From positions 14,910,645-14,974,644 of the forward strand of contig OZ316893.1 of assembly GCA_973895155.1 (NCBI GenBank): 64,000 bases of DNA, read 5' to 3'. The notes beneath the pieces were generated by a model that ran no database searches, was not told the DNA's origin, and worked only from the letters and a program-made list of their open reading frames with translations. The DNA is from Marsupella aquatica. Its lineage: Eukaryota; Plantae; Marchantiophyta. A program made the position numbers and the translations under genes. How positions within the stretch are numbered: the first letter of the stretch is position 1; each line of letters opens with the position of its first letter. Below are positions 35,690-48,800 of this stretch, one piece after another.

Positions 35690-37375
35690 GACAGGACTTG
35701 TCCAAAACTCCTAGTTAGTGGAAAATGGAAACTTCTCTTAGGTTCAATATAACCAGATCCTTAGAAATGATCCAAGCTATAAATCCCCATTTCCTTGAAA
35801 AGCTTGCTTCAGTTGATGCACTCAAATCTGTTATATGAACTCTTAAGTATAGACAGTAATCATTATGATACTACAAGTTGTTCCATGAGAGTATGCAAAG
35901 AGAGTGGTTAGGGGTGAGTCATGCACAAGAAGTATGCAAATCTGAGGGATTTGCTTAATAGACCCCTCCCTGGAGATAGTTTGCTTGATCAACCCCCTTG
36001 AAACTTTGATCCCCTAACAGTCCCCCTCTTTATGATCTGTAATGAATGTTCCTCTAAAAGGCAAAACTGCCCTTACCATGTGTCATGCGGTTGCCTCATG
36101 TACTTGACCATGTCACTCCGCATGTCGTAAGGTCGGGGTAACACAATTTCCTGTTCTCACTTTGACATGGTTCCTTAGAATTGAAGACATTGAGGTTTGT
36201 GTATTCACATTTTTCTGTTTTAGGGCGCACCAATTCAGGATGCGCTTTAGGGTGAAGTGCGAGTGTCATTTCTTGTTGGGGGTGACACTTCTTTCATGGG
36301 TTTATGCAGGTTTTGGGCATAGGCATTGGTTACTGTTGGCGACAGGCACAAAATCAGCAGGGTTTAAATAGTCATAATGCCTTCAGGCCACACTTGCTCG
36401 TCTTGTTCACCAAGAGTCATGCTTTTCCGAAGACAACGTGGTCATTGTCTTCATGCCATAACTATACACCAAACAAAAATGCACATAATGGACCTTCCCT
36501 ACTTCTCTTTTTGGGGCAGGATAAACAGCCAACATTGGTACTTTTCAGAAAACAATGTGCGTAGTTTCTTTGTGTCATACTGCAAAGTAATTCCTTTCGG
36601 AGATATAATTAGGGTAATCTCAACATCATTGCACCATGGGCATTTTGTTCTTCTCCTATGGCTATGCTTTAAGATGACCTCGGCAATGACAATGACCTCG
36701 GCAATGACAAGCGGCACAAGAAATGTCAAGCAATGAACCAAAACACAATGAAAACAAAACAGGTTCCCGACAGGTTTTCATAACAGGAGAGCACATTGGA
36801 ATTTTAAAATTGTTGACTTTTTATATAACATTCACAGCTTCAAACGAGCAATGAGGTTGGGGAAAAGCAATGAGGTTGGGGATGATACAGCGCTTGCATG
36901 CTTCAATGTGGTCATAAACTCTTTCCTTTGTTGTTTGGATACAATAGCCACAATATATTCAACCAAGCTAGGAGACCTCGATACGATGCTTGGGTACTCT
37001 AAACTCTTTCCTTTGTAGTTTGAATACATTAGCCACATTGTATTAGACCAAGTTGGGAGGCCTCACTATTGCACTTGGGTGCTCAAATTTGACCATAAGA
37101 CCATCGCTAGTTTCAATAGAATAGTCAGAATGTAGTCAACAAAGCAGGGAGACCGTTACATTTTGGCCCCAATTTTGGCGGTTGGGTGCTCCATTGTGGC
37201 CAGGGGCTCTGGACTTTGTAATGCATGAACTACACATTCACCCTATAATGTTACTATACTTGACTAAACACAATCAGGAGCACACTATTATCAGGCTACA
37301 TAGTCAGCCTTAACTATGTGATAAACATTTTCATAAGAACATTGTGTTACTTGAGTTGGTACACTAGAGAGAATT

Positions 37376-39366
37376 ATCTCCATTGTCCGTTGTTTTTATG
37401 GACTTGAGGCCCCGTTCTTCTATAGTCATCACACCTCTATTGGATTGTATACTACTCTTTCTTCAACAGAAGGTACACGTCAGGGTGACCTTTGGGTGGG
37501 CCTCTTTTTGCCATTGCCCATTTTACAGCTTTACGGGAAGCCGCCCTGGCCCACCCCCAGTGTATCTTCCCCTCCCTTTCAGATGACACTCACATCATTG
37601 GTCCCCCTGCCGCGGTTACTTCTGCCCTCGCCACTCTTTCCACCCATCTGATGGGCCTCAGTTCACGGGTTTAGCCTATGAAAAGTCGTGCTTGGAGTCC
37701 AGCTGGGTTACCCCCTGATCTTGCGCTTCCCCTTGGGTTCTTACGTCCAGCCGACAGTCTTTGGGTCCTTGGCTCTCCAGTCGGTACCGCCTCCTTTTGC
37801 TCATCTTTCATTGCTGACGCTCTACAGGCAGCCTTAGCCCCTACTCATATGCTCCCTAAGTTAGCATCCACCCTCGTGCGTCTTATTTGGCTAGGACACA
37901 TCCCCCTATCGAGGATCTTTGTCTCCACCTTTGAGAGTTTGATGTCTCCATTCGAGAGACTTTGGCCTCTTTTTTAGGGCCAGGTACATTGCTCTCATCT
38001 CAGTGGCTTGATCGACAACTCAGCCTTCCTATTTCTCAAGGCGGTGTTGGGCTTACTTCCATTGAGCGCCTTGCACCTTTGGCATTTTTGGGCGCGTGGG
38101 CAGCCGCCTTCTCATTGTTGGCAGATCGTTTCCTTACTGAGGATCAACCTTTTTTACTTTTGTCTCTCATGGAGGTAGAGGAGGGTTCCCTCCCATTTCA
38201 GGTTCATTTGCGCGCAGCGCGTTCATCATTACCAGATCCCGTCCGAGCTGCGTTACCTTCATTTTAAGAGTTTTTATCCTTGGACCCCGTCCGTCTTCAG
38301 GCAGACCTTGTTGGGCGCATGCACGCTTTCACCCTCTCCAGCATCCTCACCGAGGCACCTGACATGGAGCAAGCTCGAATTCTTTCTTCTGGAGGGAAGG
38401 GCGCATGAGGATGGCTTTAGGCCAATCGAGTCATTCCTCATCTACGGATGTCTTCTGCGGAGTTCTCGATAGCCATGCGTCTTCGTATGGGGCTGTCCCA
38501 CCCACTTCTTGCTGGTTTACCTCCTTCTTGCTCTTGTGGGAAGCCTTGTGATGCCAAAGGTGTCCATCTTCTTCGGTGCAGTTTGGGTGGCGAAACCATT
38601 TTTGTTCACGATGCTGTGAGAGATGCGACTGCTCAGGTTGTCTCTAGCTCTTTGGTCAGCGTGCGGTGGGAGGTGGTGCTCGAGTTACCTGGTCCTCCAT
38701 CACAGCGGTTACGGGTGGATCTTACCATGGTCCGTGAGGGTCCACGTACTTTGGCAGATGTAGTAGTGTCAAACCCATTGCGCCAAGACATCATTGGGTG
38801 AGCGGCAACAACGGCAGCGACAGCGGCAGCGGCATCACGAGCGACAACAACGAAGGAGGCCAAATATGCTGCCCGAGCTTGATTTGATACCTTCCTCCCC
38901 CTTGCTCTTGAGATATTTGGGCATCTCCAGGATCAATTTGACGGGCTATTTCGACAAGCTGCTCGGGATGTTCATGGTCGGATGGGTCCCACTGGACCCC
39001 CACTATATGTTTTGACCATGCAATTTTGCCAATGCATTTCAGTCACCTTACAGCATGCTCAAGCTCGGGCCATCCATCATCGATCTCTGACAGTGGGTGC
39101 TAGTGTGCCTCCGCAGCGGCTAGCCCCCCTAGAGGACATTCCAGTCCCACTTGCCGATTTAGTTTCGACACTTGATGTGGACCATTAGCTGTTAGCCGGA
39201 TTAGCTAGGAATGATAAGGACCTCGGTCCATTTGCGGTCTTTTTAATTCCCATTTCTTGGTTCTTAGAGGGTTCCTTTTGATCTTGGTTTTGTCCACTTG
39301 GGACCTCTTTTGTTTATTCTTTGTACTCTGTTTGGGACATTTTGTATAAAGTTTGTGTATATTACT
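37376..39366 (+). mobile_element. 5'-truncated, degenerate CRE-clade (RT + restriction-like endonuclease) non-LTR retrotransposon
   Basis: RT motifs SSTEGTRQGD/GGPLFA and SLSDDTHI, LSLPISQGGVGL, zinc knuckle CSCGKPCDAKGVHLLRC...HD, RLE motif RVDL..LADV..K..KY..ALEIFG. 13-bp TSD ACTAGAGAGAATT (37363-75, 39367-79). Multiple stops and frameshifts. Confidence 0.88.
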
Positions 39367-40619
39367 ACTAGAGAGAATTTGAAACTTTGGGTCCACTCAC
39401 AAAATATCTTCATCTTTTGGTCCATTAATAAAAAAACAATTTGGTTTGGAGATACACTAATCATATCTCTCGTGACTAGGTGTGAAACTGGCTAATAAAT
39501 AAGCCTTCAGCAAAAGTGGTCAAACTGTTTCGATAGGAATCTACTAAAGTTTCGCCACTAAATGGCTGAATGGTGGACCTTAGCTCAACGTTGGACATGA
39601 GCTTGACGTCCAAAACTCAACAATGATATCCTTCAGTCACAACTTCCAACGTACAGTAGCTTCCTGGAGTTTGACTACCTTACGGTACAGTCGTTAGAAG
39701 AAATTACTGGGGACAAGTACTGTACCCGACTACCCGGGCTGCCAGTTTTGACACAGCCAAAAAGGCAAGTGGATGCGGTACGGATGCAACTTGCATCTTG
39801 TCGCTTTGGGACAAGACGACCATATGTACAATACCATCATTTGATTGGCAGCACGACATCCTGACAGGAAAATGTCGGCAGAACAGGGCACGACCGGGCC
39901 GGGCTGGCAGTCCCGCGCTGGTGCTCTACGGGGGTCGACGGGCTACGGCACAAGTTGGATTCCGAGGACCGGGATCGATACCCTACCCGGAATACATGCA
40001 CCTGGAGAGTTCGGCCGACGCTATCATAGTATAAGAATTGAGCTCACCGCGGCCAATGGAGAGGCGGGAAAAGAAAATGACCCACGCGCATTCCGTCAAT
40101 TTAGACCACCTTCTCTGCAAGGATAAAACTGGAAGAATGGTCAAGGGAAGAAGGGACATTGACTCCTTTGATACTTTTAGCGTGGAAGTGTACCCTTTTC
40201 CACTCTTTAAATTACTAGACCTATCCACAAAGGGCCTGACTGTTTTTGTGCCATATTTGGAAAAAGTGTTCGAAAAAGTACCTTTCCGCAGACTTGCTAG
40301 CCAGGTTTGGATAGGTCACTTTTTGAACAAAAGTGGCACCAAAAGAAGAAAGCACCGAGAACGAAATGACTTCGGGTGAATACTTTTTTGGCAAACAAAT
40401 TGTTTGGTCCCAACACCGTACCCTTTCTTTTTCCTTGTTTGGTGTCTGTTTTCTTTGGACCTCTTTTTCCTTCCTTTCATTGTTCTTTGTTTTTTCCTGA
40501 TTTATAAATTTCACGCTGAAGTTACTTTTTGTTTTAAATCATGATTCTTTTTCCACCAAATTTTGATCTGAAAACCTTCCTCAATGTATTTTCTAAAACA
40601 AGCACTAAACATTACATAC

Positions 40620-40815
40620 CGAATGAGTTTAGGGATAGGTCCGTTATTTTCTAACTTTTTTCCACTCCTTGTTTGGCACAGTAAACACACGGGATGAGTT
40701 CTAGGGATAGGTCCATTATTTTATAACTTTTTCTAGCTCCTTGTTAGGCGCAGTAAACATACGGGATGAGTTTTAGGGATAGGTCTGTTATTTTATAACT
40801 TTTCCCCACTCCTTT
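40620..40815. repeat. ~73-bp tandem repeat x ~2.7
   Basis: atgagtt(t/ct)agggataggtc..ttatttt..aactttt occurs three times. Confidence 0.8.
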
Positions 40816-40825
40816 TCGCGCACAT

Positions 40826-41382
40826 TGTTAGGCAAAGTAATTCTCAATTGGTTAGAGTGATCCAGCTTTCAATATCCTCTCCGTTTTCACCATTAAATGA
40901 TCATCCTCAACTTAACCTCAACATCCCGACCCACCCTCAACCAGGGGATGGGGGAGAGCCCTCACAAACCATGAGGGGGCAGATCAAGTGGGGGCAAAAG
41001 CACAAGTCTTAAGAGTGAACCGTCTTAAGAGTGAACGGTTCACTCTTAAGACTTGGCAAACCTCTCTTAAGCTAATCAACACTGAGGTGTTAATGGTGAT
41101 TAGCCACTACTCTACTTCCTAGCATATAGGGGAGCAAGGAAGTGCTCCTTTGAGACATTCATGCTTATTGTTGAACGGGAAAGCTAGGTGTTAGCCCGGG
41201 CGTTAGGTGAGAATTCCTGGAGAGCTTGTACTTGGAGGCTTGGTGTGGCTATGGTGGCCAAAGCTTAGTAAAGCTCTAGCAATCTATAGAAATAGCCTTG
41301 ATGAAGGTGAACCACATATCTCATGTGTCGGTGTGTTTGCTCGTTGCTTGTCTCTTGTGTGTGTGTCACCATTTCCCTAACA
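40826..41382 (+). mobile_element. Degenerate LTR remnant
   Basis: TGTTAGG...CCTAACA ends. Shares ttggtgtggctatg..aagcttagtaaag..aggtgaa.cac..at with the LTR end at ~50818-50965, and aggtgaaccac with the Copia LTR. No TSD; 5' boundary uncertain. Confidence 0.55.
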
Positions 41383-43272
41383 ACCAAATGCGAAGAGTTG
41401 GTTTAAAAGCAAGTCGTGGTTAGGGTAGAGGACCCAACTCCCAAGGTATGCACCATGGAAACCATAAGAATATGAATGTTCCCTAGTCCTTCTAATGCAC
41501 ACCATATATACAAACTTGGGAACAGACACAGCGCATGCTGCCTGTGTGGCTTCAGTAAGCAATACGGTGTTTTGTAATTATCCCCAGCCAGCTGGCTCTC
41601 CTCCTATCAGGATCATTTTTAAGGTTTTTATCCTGGTGTTGAATCTGGCCTACTTTGAAGGAGAAGAATCTCAGGTATGTGTAAGAATTTTTCAGGTCAG
41701 AATAGATAGCAAATGTGCAACATGAGACAGACACTCGATCACATGCTAGACCAACAAGACCCCACAAGTGGAGAAACTCTTCAATCATTCACTCGAGGAT
41801 CCATAGCATATGAGAATACATATGAAGAATGAGGAAGAGAAATGCTCTCCCTCCAACCTATACCCCCCAAGGGGGATTGAGATGTGTGGGACTAAGTAAG
41901 TGGATCTTATGTTAATATAACCAAGATCAACTAATCGTATTAAGGCCAATTGAAACTAACTAAAGCCAGGAACTTAAGTCAATTCCTAATAGTATGTGGC
42001 TAGATGCAATAACATTTTGTCGTCAGACTTTTCAGTGAGGTGGAGTTTGGCACATTTTACCACTAGAACAATGTTGCCTTACTGGACCTTGCACGACAAC
42101 CAATAGACACGGTGTTGACAAGCTGATATGGGTAGGGTAATTTTCAAGGGTCTCTAAATTTACAATGGTGACTAAAGCAACAATGAGTCCATGGAATTTC
42201 AGGCCCGGATGGACCTCCATGTATGCAAAAATGCTTGAATAGACTCTGCAACCCAGATGGATTGCCACAAAATCATATTTTGGACTCATATAGTACATGT
42301 TGCACTGATGAGTGAAATGTGAGAATAAAATCAGTTAATGAGTCATTTTTTGGAATTTGTAGATAACTAATTATCTGATTATCTGATCTTAGTCATGGTT
42401 TATTTGAAATGTAACTTTTCAGGTTTTCATTTCTTTTACACTTGCAAGGTCTTACTGTTTTTCTTTGCCTTGTCTCAAACACAAATAGTCATGTTTGGTT
42501 CTTCATGCAGACCAAACAATTTTCTTTGTGACCAATAATGCTGATGTGGCACTACGTGCTTTCAGGGATTTTGGAAAGTGGTTTCCATGGGGGTCAATAA
42601 GTAGCCCACGATGAGCAGGTTCAATTGGATATGAAGGTAAAATGGATGTTGAAAACTTTTTGGAAGCAGGAAAGGTGTCAATGAGTGAAGGTGTAAAATG
42701 TAAGTGTCAACTCTGAGTCTTGGGTTAACCACACATAGTCGAGAGATCTACTCTAATCAGAGATAGGGCCTTAATGATGATTAGACTTTTCTAGAGGTGC
42801 CTAGCATATAGAGAAGCTAGAGAGAGTATGTGGAGGCTTGGAGGCTAGGAATTTGTATGTGGAGGCTTGGAGTGGTGGACCTTGCCACCCAGCGCCCTCA
42901 CCAATCCCTGCACTCGCGCCTAAGTGCTCCTGGTGCCCGAATGCCTCCACGGAATACCTCGAGCAAGCACCCTAGTGCCCCTTGCACCGCCAACGGCCCC
43001 CTCCCATATGAATCCGCACTTGCTCACCTACACGACCGCTACTCAACGGTCCTCACTGTCTGCACAAGCAACCAAGCACCTTGGTAAGTAACCCCTCAGG
43101 ATCTAGAACTCGCCAAGTCTAGCATCCTAACTCAAGCTCAACAGACATTGGTAAATAGGTCAGCGATAGGTCCTCTCGATGCCATAAGCCGGAACCAGAA
43201 CCCAAGCCCACTGTCCGTCTAGGACAGTTCCTTCCATGGGCGCGGCCCGGGTTCCCCCTCGTACCTATCCAT

Positions 43273-43657
43273 TGTTGGGTATTTACTCTTACGTCTAGGT
43301 TAGGTATGACGTGGTTGGTACAACAACGTGGGTTGGTACAACTACGTGGTTAGGTACAACTACATGATTAGGTACAACTACGTGGTTAGGTACAACTAAG
43401 TTGCACACTATATCATAAAGAGGCATGTGTGCTTGGAGAGGTAGAACCAAGGCTCATTGTTATGGAACCACTTGAGAGATAGGGAGAGCTTACACTGTGG
43501 AGACTCGGTATAGCCGACGGGCTTAGAGTTCAGTAAGCTCTCTTGTGTGTTCCCGTGGACGTAGCCTCAAGGAGGTGAACCACGTATCTCTTGTGTCGAC
43601 TATTGTGCGTTGGATGGTTCATGGGCTTGCCGTTGCGATTGTCGTCTATGCTCAACA
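43273..43657 (+). repeat. 5' LTR (385 bp)
   Basis: TGTTGGG...CTCAACA, followed by the PBS. Confidence 0.95.
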
Positions 43658-43659
43658 AT

Positions 43660-43671
43660 TGGTATCAGAGC
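43660..43671 (+). other. Primer-binding site complementary to initiator tRNA-Met
   Basis: TGGTATCAGAGC 2 nt after the LTR end. Confidence 0.93.
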
Positions 43672-44810
43672 ATGCTTGGGAGGTGACGTGTGTTCGTGAC
43701 GGGATTTCATGACGGTTTTTCCAGCGTTAAGTGTCGGTGGAGTTCCCAGAGTTCCGTCGCATGGAACTTGGAGTTTATTGGCTCAACGGATAGATCAGGG
43801 CAAGAGCTTTCTAACGGTGTGAAGAAATCGCTGAACGGAGCTCGTGGTGCAGAGAGATCTAAGTTTTTGTCGTTCTGGATTTTGTGAAGAAAGTTGGCAA
43901 TCGACTCGGAGGGAGAAGCGTCAAGTGTTTTGACTCAACGGAGAGATTGAGGCAAGACGATTGTTTTGAGTCCGGGATTGGCTCTTTGATGCAAAGAGGA
44001 AGGCTAAGCAAAAATCAATTACCTTGTTGGACTTGGTACGGCACCAAGTGCAATTGATCAACATTCGTTGTTGACAAGGTACCATTTTTTTCTCTTTGAA
44101 AAACTGATTCGAAATTGGCCATGGCAATTGAGAGAAATCTATCATCTTTACCAATTTTTTTCTCCCTTGTTCTTTCCTCGTTTTGGGTGCCTCTTATATC
44201 GATCTTCACCACCTCGGAGTCTAGTTTCCAAATCTGAAATCAGATCTTGATTTCGTCAAAACCCGAGTGAGATATCTTGCGTTTGGTGTCGAGGGGTACA
44301 TTCTGCCGTGTGTATTTTCTGCGCGCGCGACCAGATTTCGACGACGAAGGGTGGTAGGGGGTTTTGGGGGTTCGAGGACACATGTCAGCCCCTCGATTGT
44401 TCTTCCAAAATTCTCACAGGGCCTGTACAAGGGTCATAGAATATTCCAAAAAACTAGAGAGCTATTTTTTGACCGTCCGACAAAGATTTTATCCGCTGAA
44501 CGGTAACTTTTTTGATTATTTTTCGGCGAGGTCGTAGCCATTGAAGTTGGCAACGCGGCGCACCAATCACATTGCAATTCCGACAACGGGTTGTACTTGG
44601 TATTTCGGTTATTCCCTGAGGTGGTCAAAACGGGGGAGTTTCCCAAGGTTTTACCCACCTCGACGGAAATTTGAATAACTTTTCCGTCAAATTTCGATTT
44701 TGATTTTGGTTTTCAGTATTGGACTCCTAGCTTTGTGGGCTACGCGACGGTGTTGAGTTTCGAGTTTTTTGAGAAGTTGTGAAAAACAACATTTTTTGTG
44801 ATTTTCTCAT

Positions 44811-45851
44811 ATGAGTGATTCGGAGGAGTTTTTCGAAGACGTGGAACTTGAAGCACGAGGATCACCGCGGAGGTTTCAGGGGCAGAGAGAGGAGCAGGAG
44901 GAAGAGCACGTGACACCGATACCATCACCGGTGCGGCGTGTGGTGGAGGAAGTAGTACTACTACCGGAGCTCACGGTAGTGCCAAAGAAGAAGATGGGGA
45001 CTTTCAAGCTTGGGGGACCCAAGTATGAAGTGACAAAGTATGATGGGCGCTCTGACTACTTGCTATGGGAGAAGCAGGTGAAGGGAGTGCTCTATGCGTC
45101 AGGGATGGGCCAACTGCTGAGCCCTCGTGAAGACGATGTTGATGAGAAACAATGGGATCGCATGCAGGAGCAGGGAGTGTGGTGTGTTACACTCTATCTC
45201 ATGCCTCCCATCATCAAGCAGTTGGGTGCACATAAGGATTGCATGTCCTTGTTTGCGGAATTGCAGAGCAAGTATCACCGCAAGGAGTTGTCGAACCGGC
45301 TCTACACTTCCTACAAACTGATGAGTTTCAGGATGAAGGAATCCGGTACGAAGTTGCAAGACCATGTGGATACTTTCAACGACATGGTCATTGACTTGGA
45401 AAACCTTGGGGAGACTTTGAATGATGAGACAAAGGCTCTACAGCTTCTTAGTTCATTGCCTCCATCTTACCAGTCCCTATCACGAGTGTTGTTGCATCGT
45501 GATAGGGATACCATTTCATACAATGACGTGGTAAGTTCTCTGCTTAGTGATGATCTTCAGCAGAAGATGCACATCACGTCACAACCTTCATCATCTGGTG
45601 CTGCCCTCAATGTTAACCGTGGGAGAAGTATGCAGCGACCAACTGGGGACCGTAGAACCCAGTTTAGATCTAAATCCAGATCTAAGTCCAAGGGTAAATC
45701 CCCTCAGAGGAGGCAGGTAACATGTTGGAAGTGCAACCAAGTTGGACACTTCAAGCGAGACTGTAAGGGAAAGGTAGCGGAAACTTCATCGGCAAATGTG
45801 GCTAGGGCTGATGAAGAAGCTGATTTACTCAATGATGAGTATGTTTTATGA
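44811..45851 (+). CDS. gag: Copia Gag
   Basis: KYDGRSDYLLWEKQV, UBN2-like region (LQLLSSLPPSY), CCHC knuckle CWKCNQVGHFKRDC. Confidence 0.92.
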   Translation: MSDSEEFFEDVELEARGSPRRFQGQREEQEEEHVTPIPSPVRRVVEEVVLLPELTVVPKKKMGTFKLGGPKYEVTKYDGRSDYLLWEKQVKGVLYASGMGQLLSPREDDVDEKQWDRMQEQGVWCVTLYLMPPIIKQLGAHKDCMSLFAELQSKYHRKELSNRLYTSYKLMSFRMKESGTKLQDHVDTFNDMVIDLENLGETLNDETKALQLLSSLPPSYQSLSRVLLHRDRDTISYNDVVSSLLSDDLQQKMHITSQPSSSGAALNVNRGRSMQRPTGDRRTQFRSKSRSKSKGKSPQRRQVTCWKCNQVGHFKRDCKGKVAETSSANVARADEEADLLNDEYVL

Positions 45852-48800
45852 AGCCGGGAGTATGCCCTGTGCACATTATCTAGGAGAGCAGATGATGTGT
45901 GGATTCTTGATTGTGCTTGCTCTTTTCATATTTGTTACATTCGTGAGTTTTTCAGTTCTTACTCTGTTTCAAACGGTTCAGTTCTGATGGAAAATGATCA
46001 CTCCTGTCAAATTGAGGGAATTGGGTCTGTGAAGATTCAAATGTTTGATGGCGCTGTGCGCACAGTGTCCGGAGTCAGGTATGTACCTGGCATGCGTAAG
46101 AATCTGATTTCACTCGGTGTGTTGGATTCAAATGGTCATCAATGGAGCGATATTGATGGTGAACTTCAAGTCAGGTCGGGAGAGATAGTGATTTTGAATG
46201 AGAGTAGACAAAAGAATTTGTATGTGTTACAGGGCAATACTGTATGTGGAGAGGCCAATGTAACCAAGTCTCACGAGGAGATGACTCAACTGTGGCATTC
46301 ACGGCTAGGCCACATGAGTGAGAAGGGTTTGGCTATTTTACGGAAGAATGGACTCATTTCTGATTTGCAATCTTGTAAATTAGAGTTTTGTGAGCATTGC
46401 ATTCTTGGAAAGCAGCATCGTCGTACTTTTGGTGTTGGAACTCATCGTTCCAAAGCGGTTCTTGAGTACATACATAGTGACGTGTGGGGTCCATCCCCGA
46501 CTCCCTCACACTCTGGAAAGTTGTACTATGTATCATTTATTGATGATTACTCAAAATTTATGTGGATTTATTTCATGACGCATAAGTCTGATGTCTTGTC
46601 CATTTTTAAAAAATGGAAGGCCCAGGTGGAGAATCAGACTGAAAACACGATCAAGTGTTTGGATACAAGGGTGAAGAGTCTGAGGTCAGACAACGGCGGG
46701 GAGTACACTTCAATGGAATTTGAAGAGTACTGTTCAGAACAGGGGATAACTCGCCATCTCACCACAGTTTATACTCCGCAGCACAATGGTGTCGCTGAGA
46801 GGCTCAATCGGACATTGTTAGAGTGGTCACGGAGTATGTTGAGCCAATCAGGTTTACCACAAGAATTTTGGGCAGAAGCTGTCAATACCGCAGCTTATTT
46901 GGTAAATCTTTCTCCTTCTAGTGCTATCAATTTCAAAACGCCGTTTGAGATGCGCTATAAGCGGTAAGCAGACTATCATGGCTTGGTAGTTTTTGGAAGT
47001 GATGCATATGCTCTCACACCGAAGCAGAATAGGACCAAGTTGGATCCTACCTCCAAGAAATGTATTTTTCTTGGGTACCAGAGTGGTGTGAAAGCCTATA
47101 GGCTATGGGATCCTATTGCCTGTAAGCTCGTTGTCAGTAGGGATGTTTCCTTCAATGAATCCAGATTATTGAAGGAGGGGGAGAATACTCAGGTCTCCCG
47201 TACTGACAAAGGAAAATCTCCTATCCTGGATCTCGTTGAGGGGGAGATTGGTTATGAGGTGCATGACCGGAGAGAAGGAGTTGCTCCAATTATGGAGCTG
47301 GTTCCTGTGCCAGAGGAACCAGAGGAGTTTGTTGATGCTGGTGAGCAGCAAGTGGATGTTGTTGAGCTTCAAATTACACCAGCACATGCAGATCAACCGG
47401 AGTCATCGGCTAGAAGAACATCTGGTCGCACTGTACGCGCTCCACCAAGGTATGGACAGTGGGTTGATTCATCTCAACTGCAAGAGGATGATTTTACAGC
47501 TGATGATGAGGGTGATGCGTTAATTTTGGAAGAAGGGGAACCTTCTTCATTTCATGAGGCAAGTGCTTCAAAGGAGAAGCAGAAGTGGACTGCAGCAATG
47601 CAAACGGAGATGCAGTCACTAAAGGACAACAAAACTTGGGAGCTTGTTAAGCTACCTAAGGGTCAGCAAGTGGTGGACAGCAAGTGGATTTACAAGCTGA
47701 AGGATAATTCCATAGGAGGTGGATCGAAGGTCTACAAGGCTAGGTTGGTAGCAAAGGGATTCACACAAGAGAAAGGTGTGGATTACAATGAGGTCTTCTC
47801 ACCAGTTGCTAAGTACTCTACAATACGAATATTGTGTGTACTTGTTGTAATGTTTGGTCTGTTGCTAGATCAGATGGATGTTGTCACAGCTTTCCTCTAT
47901 GGCACATTGGAAGAGGTGATCTTCATGAGACAACCGCTAGGTTTTGTGAAGAGAGGACAGGAGGAATTGGTTTGCAGATTGCTGAAATCCTTGTATGGGT
48001 TGAAGCAGTCACCAAGACAGTGGAACAAGCGGTTTGACGATTGGATTCGGTCACAAGGTTTTCACATAAGTGTATTTGACCCTTGTGTGTATTTAAAACC
48101 GGTAAAGAATGTTGTCTTTGGGTTCATTGTTTTAGTACTTTATGTGGATGATATGCTAATTGCAGCCAAGGATAGGTCTGAGATTGTTAAGCTCAAGGCA
48201 CTGCTTAGTGCAGAGTTTAAGATGAAGGACTTAGGGCCAGCTAAGAGGATTTTGGGTATGGAGATCACTAGGGACTTGGAGGCTGGCAAGCTATGGTTGA
48301 CGCAGAGCAGTTATGCGAGGAAGGTAATTGCAAGGTTCAACATGGGGAATAGCAAGCCAGTAAGTACCCCGTTGGCTCCACACTTCAAGTTATCATCAGC
48401 GTTCTGTCCTACGGATGACACAGAGAAGGGGTTGATGTCAAAGGTTCCGTATGACAAGGCAGTGGGGAGTCTCATGTATTTGATGACTTGCACTAGACCT
48501 GATCTTGCCATGGCTATGGGAAAGGTGAGCAGGTACATGTCGAATCCAGGGAAGGTACACTGGGAAGCAGTGAAGTGGATTATTAGGTACTTGAAAGGTA
48601 CCATGGATCATGGTCTTTTATTTGATGCGAATGCAAAGAATGCTAAATCATTGATTGGCTATGTTGATTCTAACTATGGACAAGATTTGGACCGAAGGAG
48701 ATCAACAACAGGATACGTGTTCACACTTGGCGGTGGATGCATAAGTTGGAGATCTACTTTGCAGAAGTGTATTGCTCAGTCTACTACAGAAGCGGAGTAT

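Noticed and set aside
39798-40379. GC-rich patch with several short ORFs
   Set aside because: No recognisable protein and no termini or TSD.
40620-40815. Regularly spaced repeats resembling a CRISPR array (also 7415-7722 and 61285-61630)
   Set aside because: Eukaryotic context, whole units are homologous (no unique spacers), and there are no cas genes.
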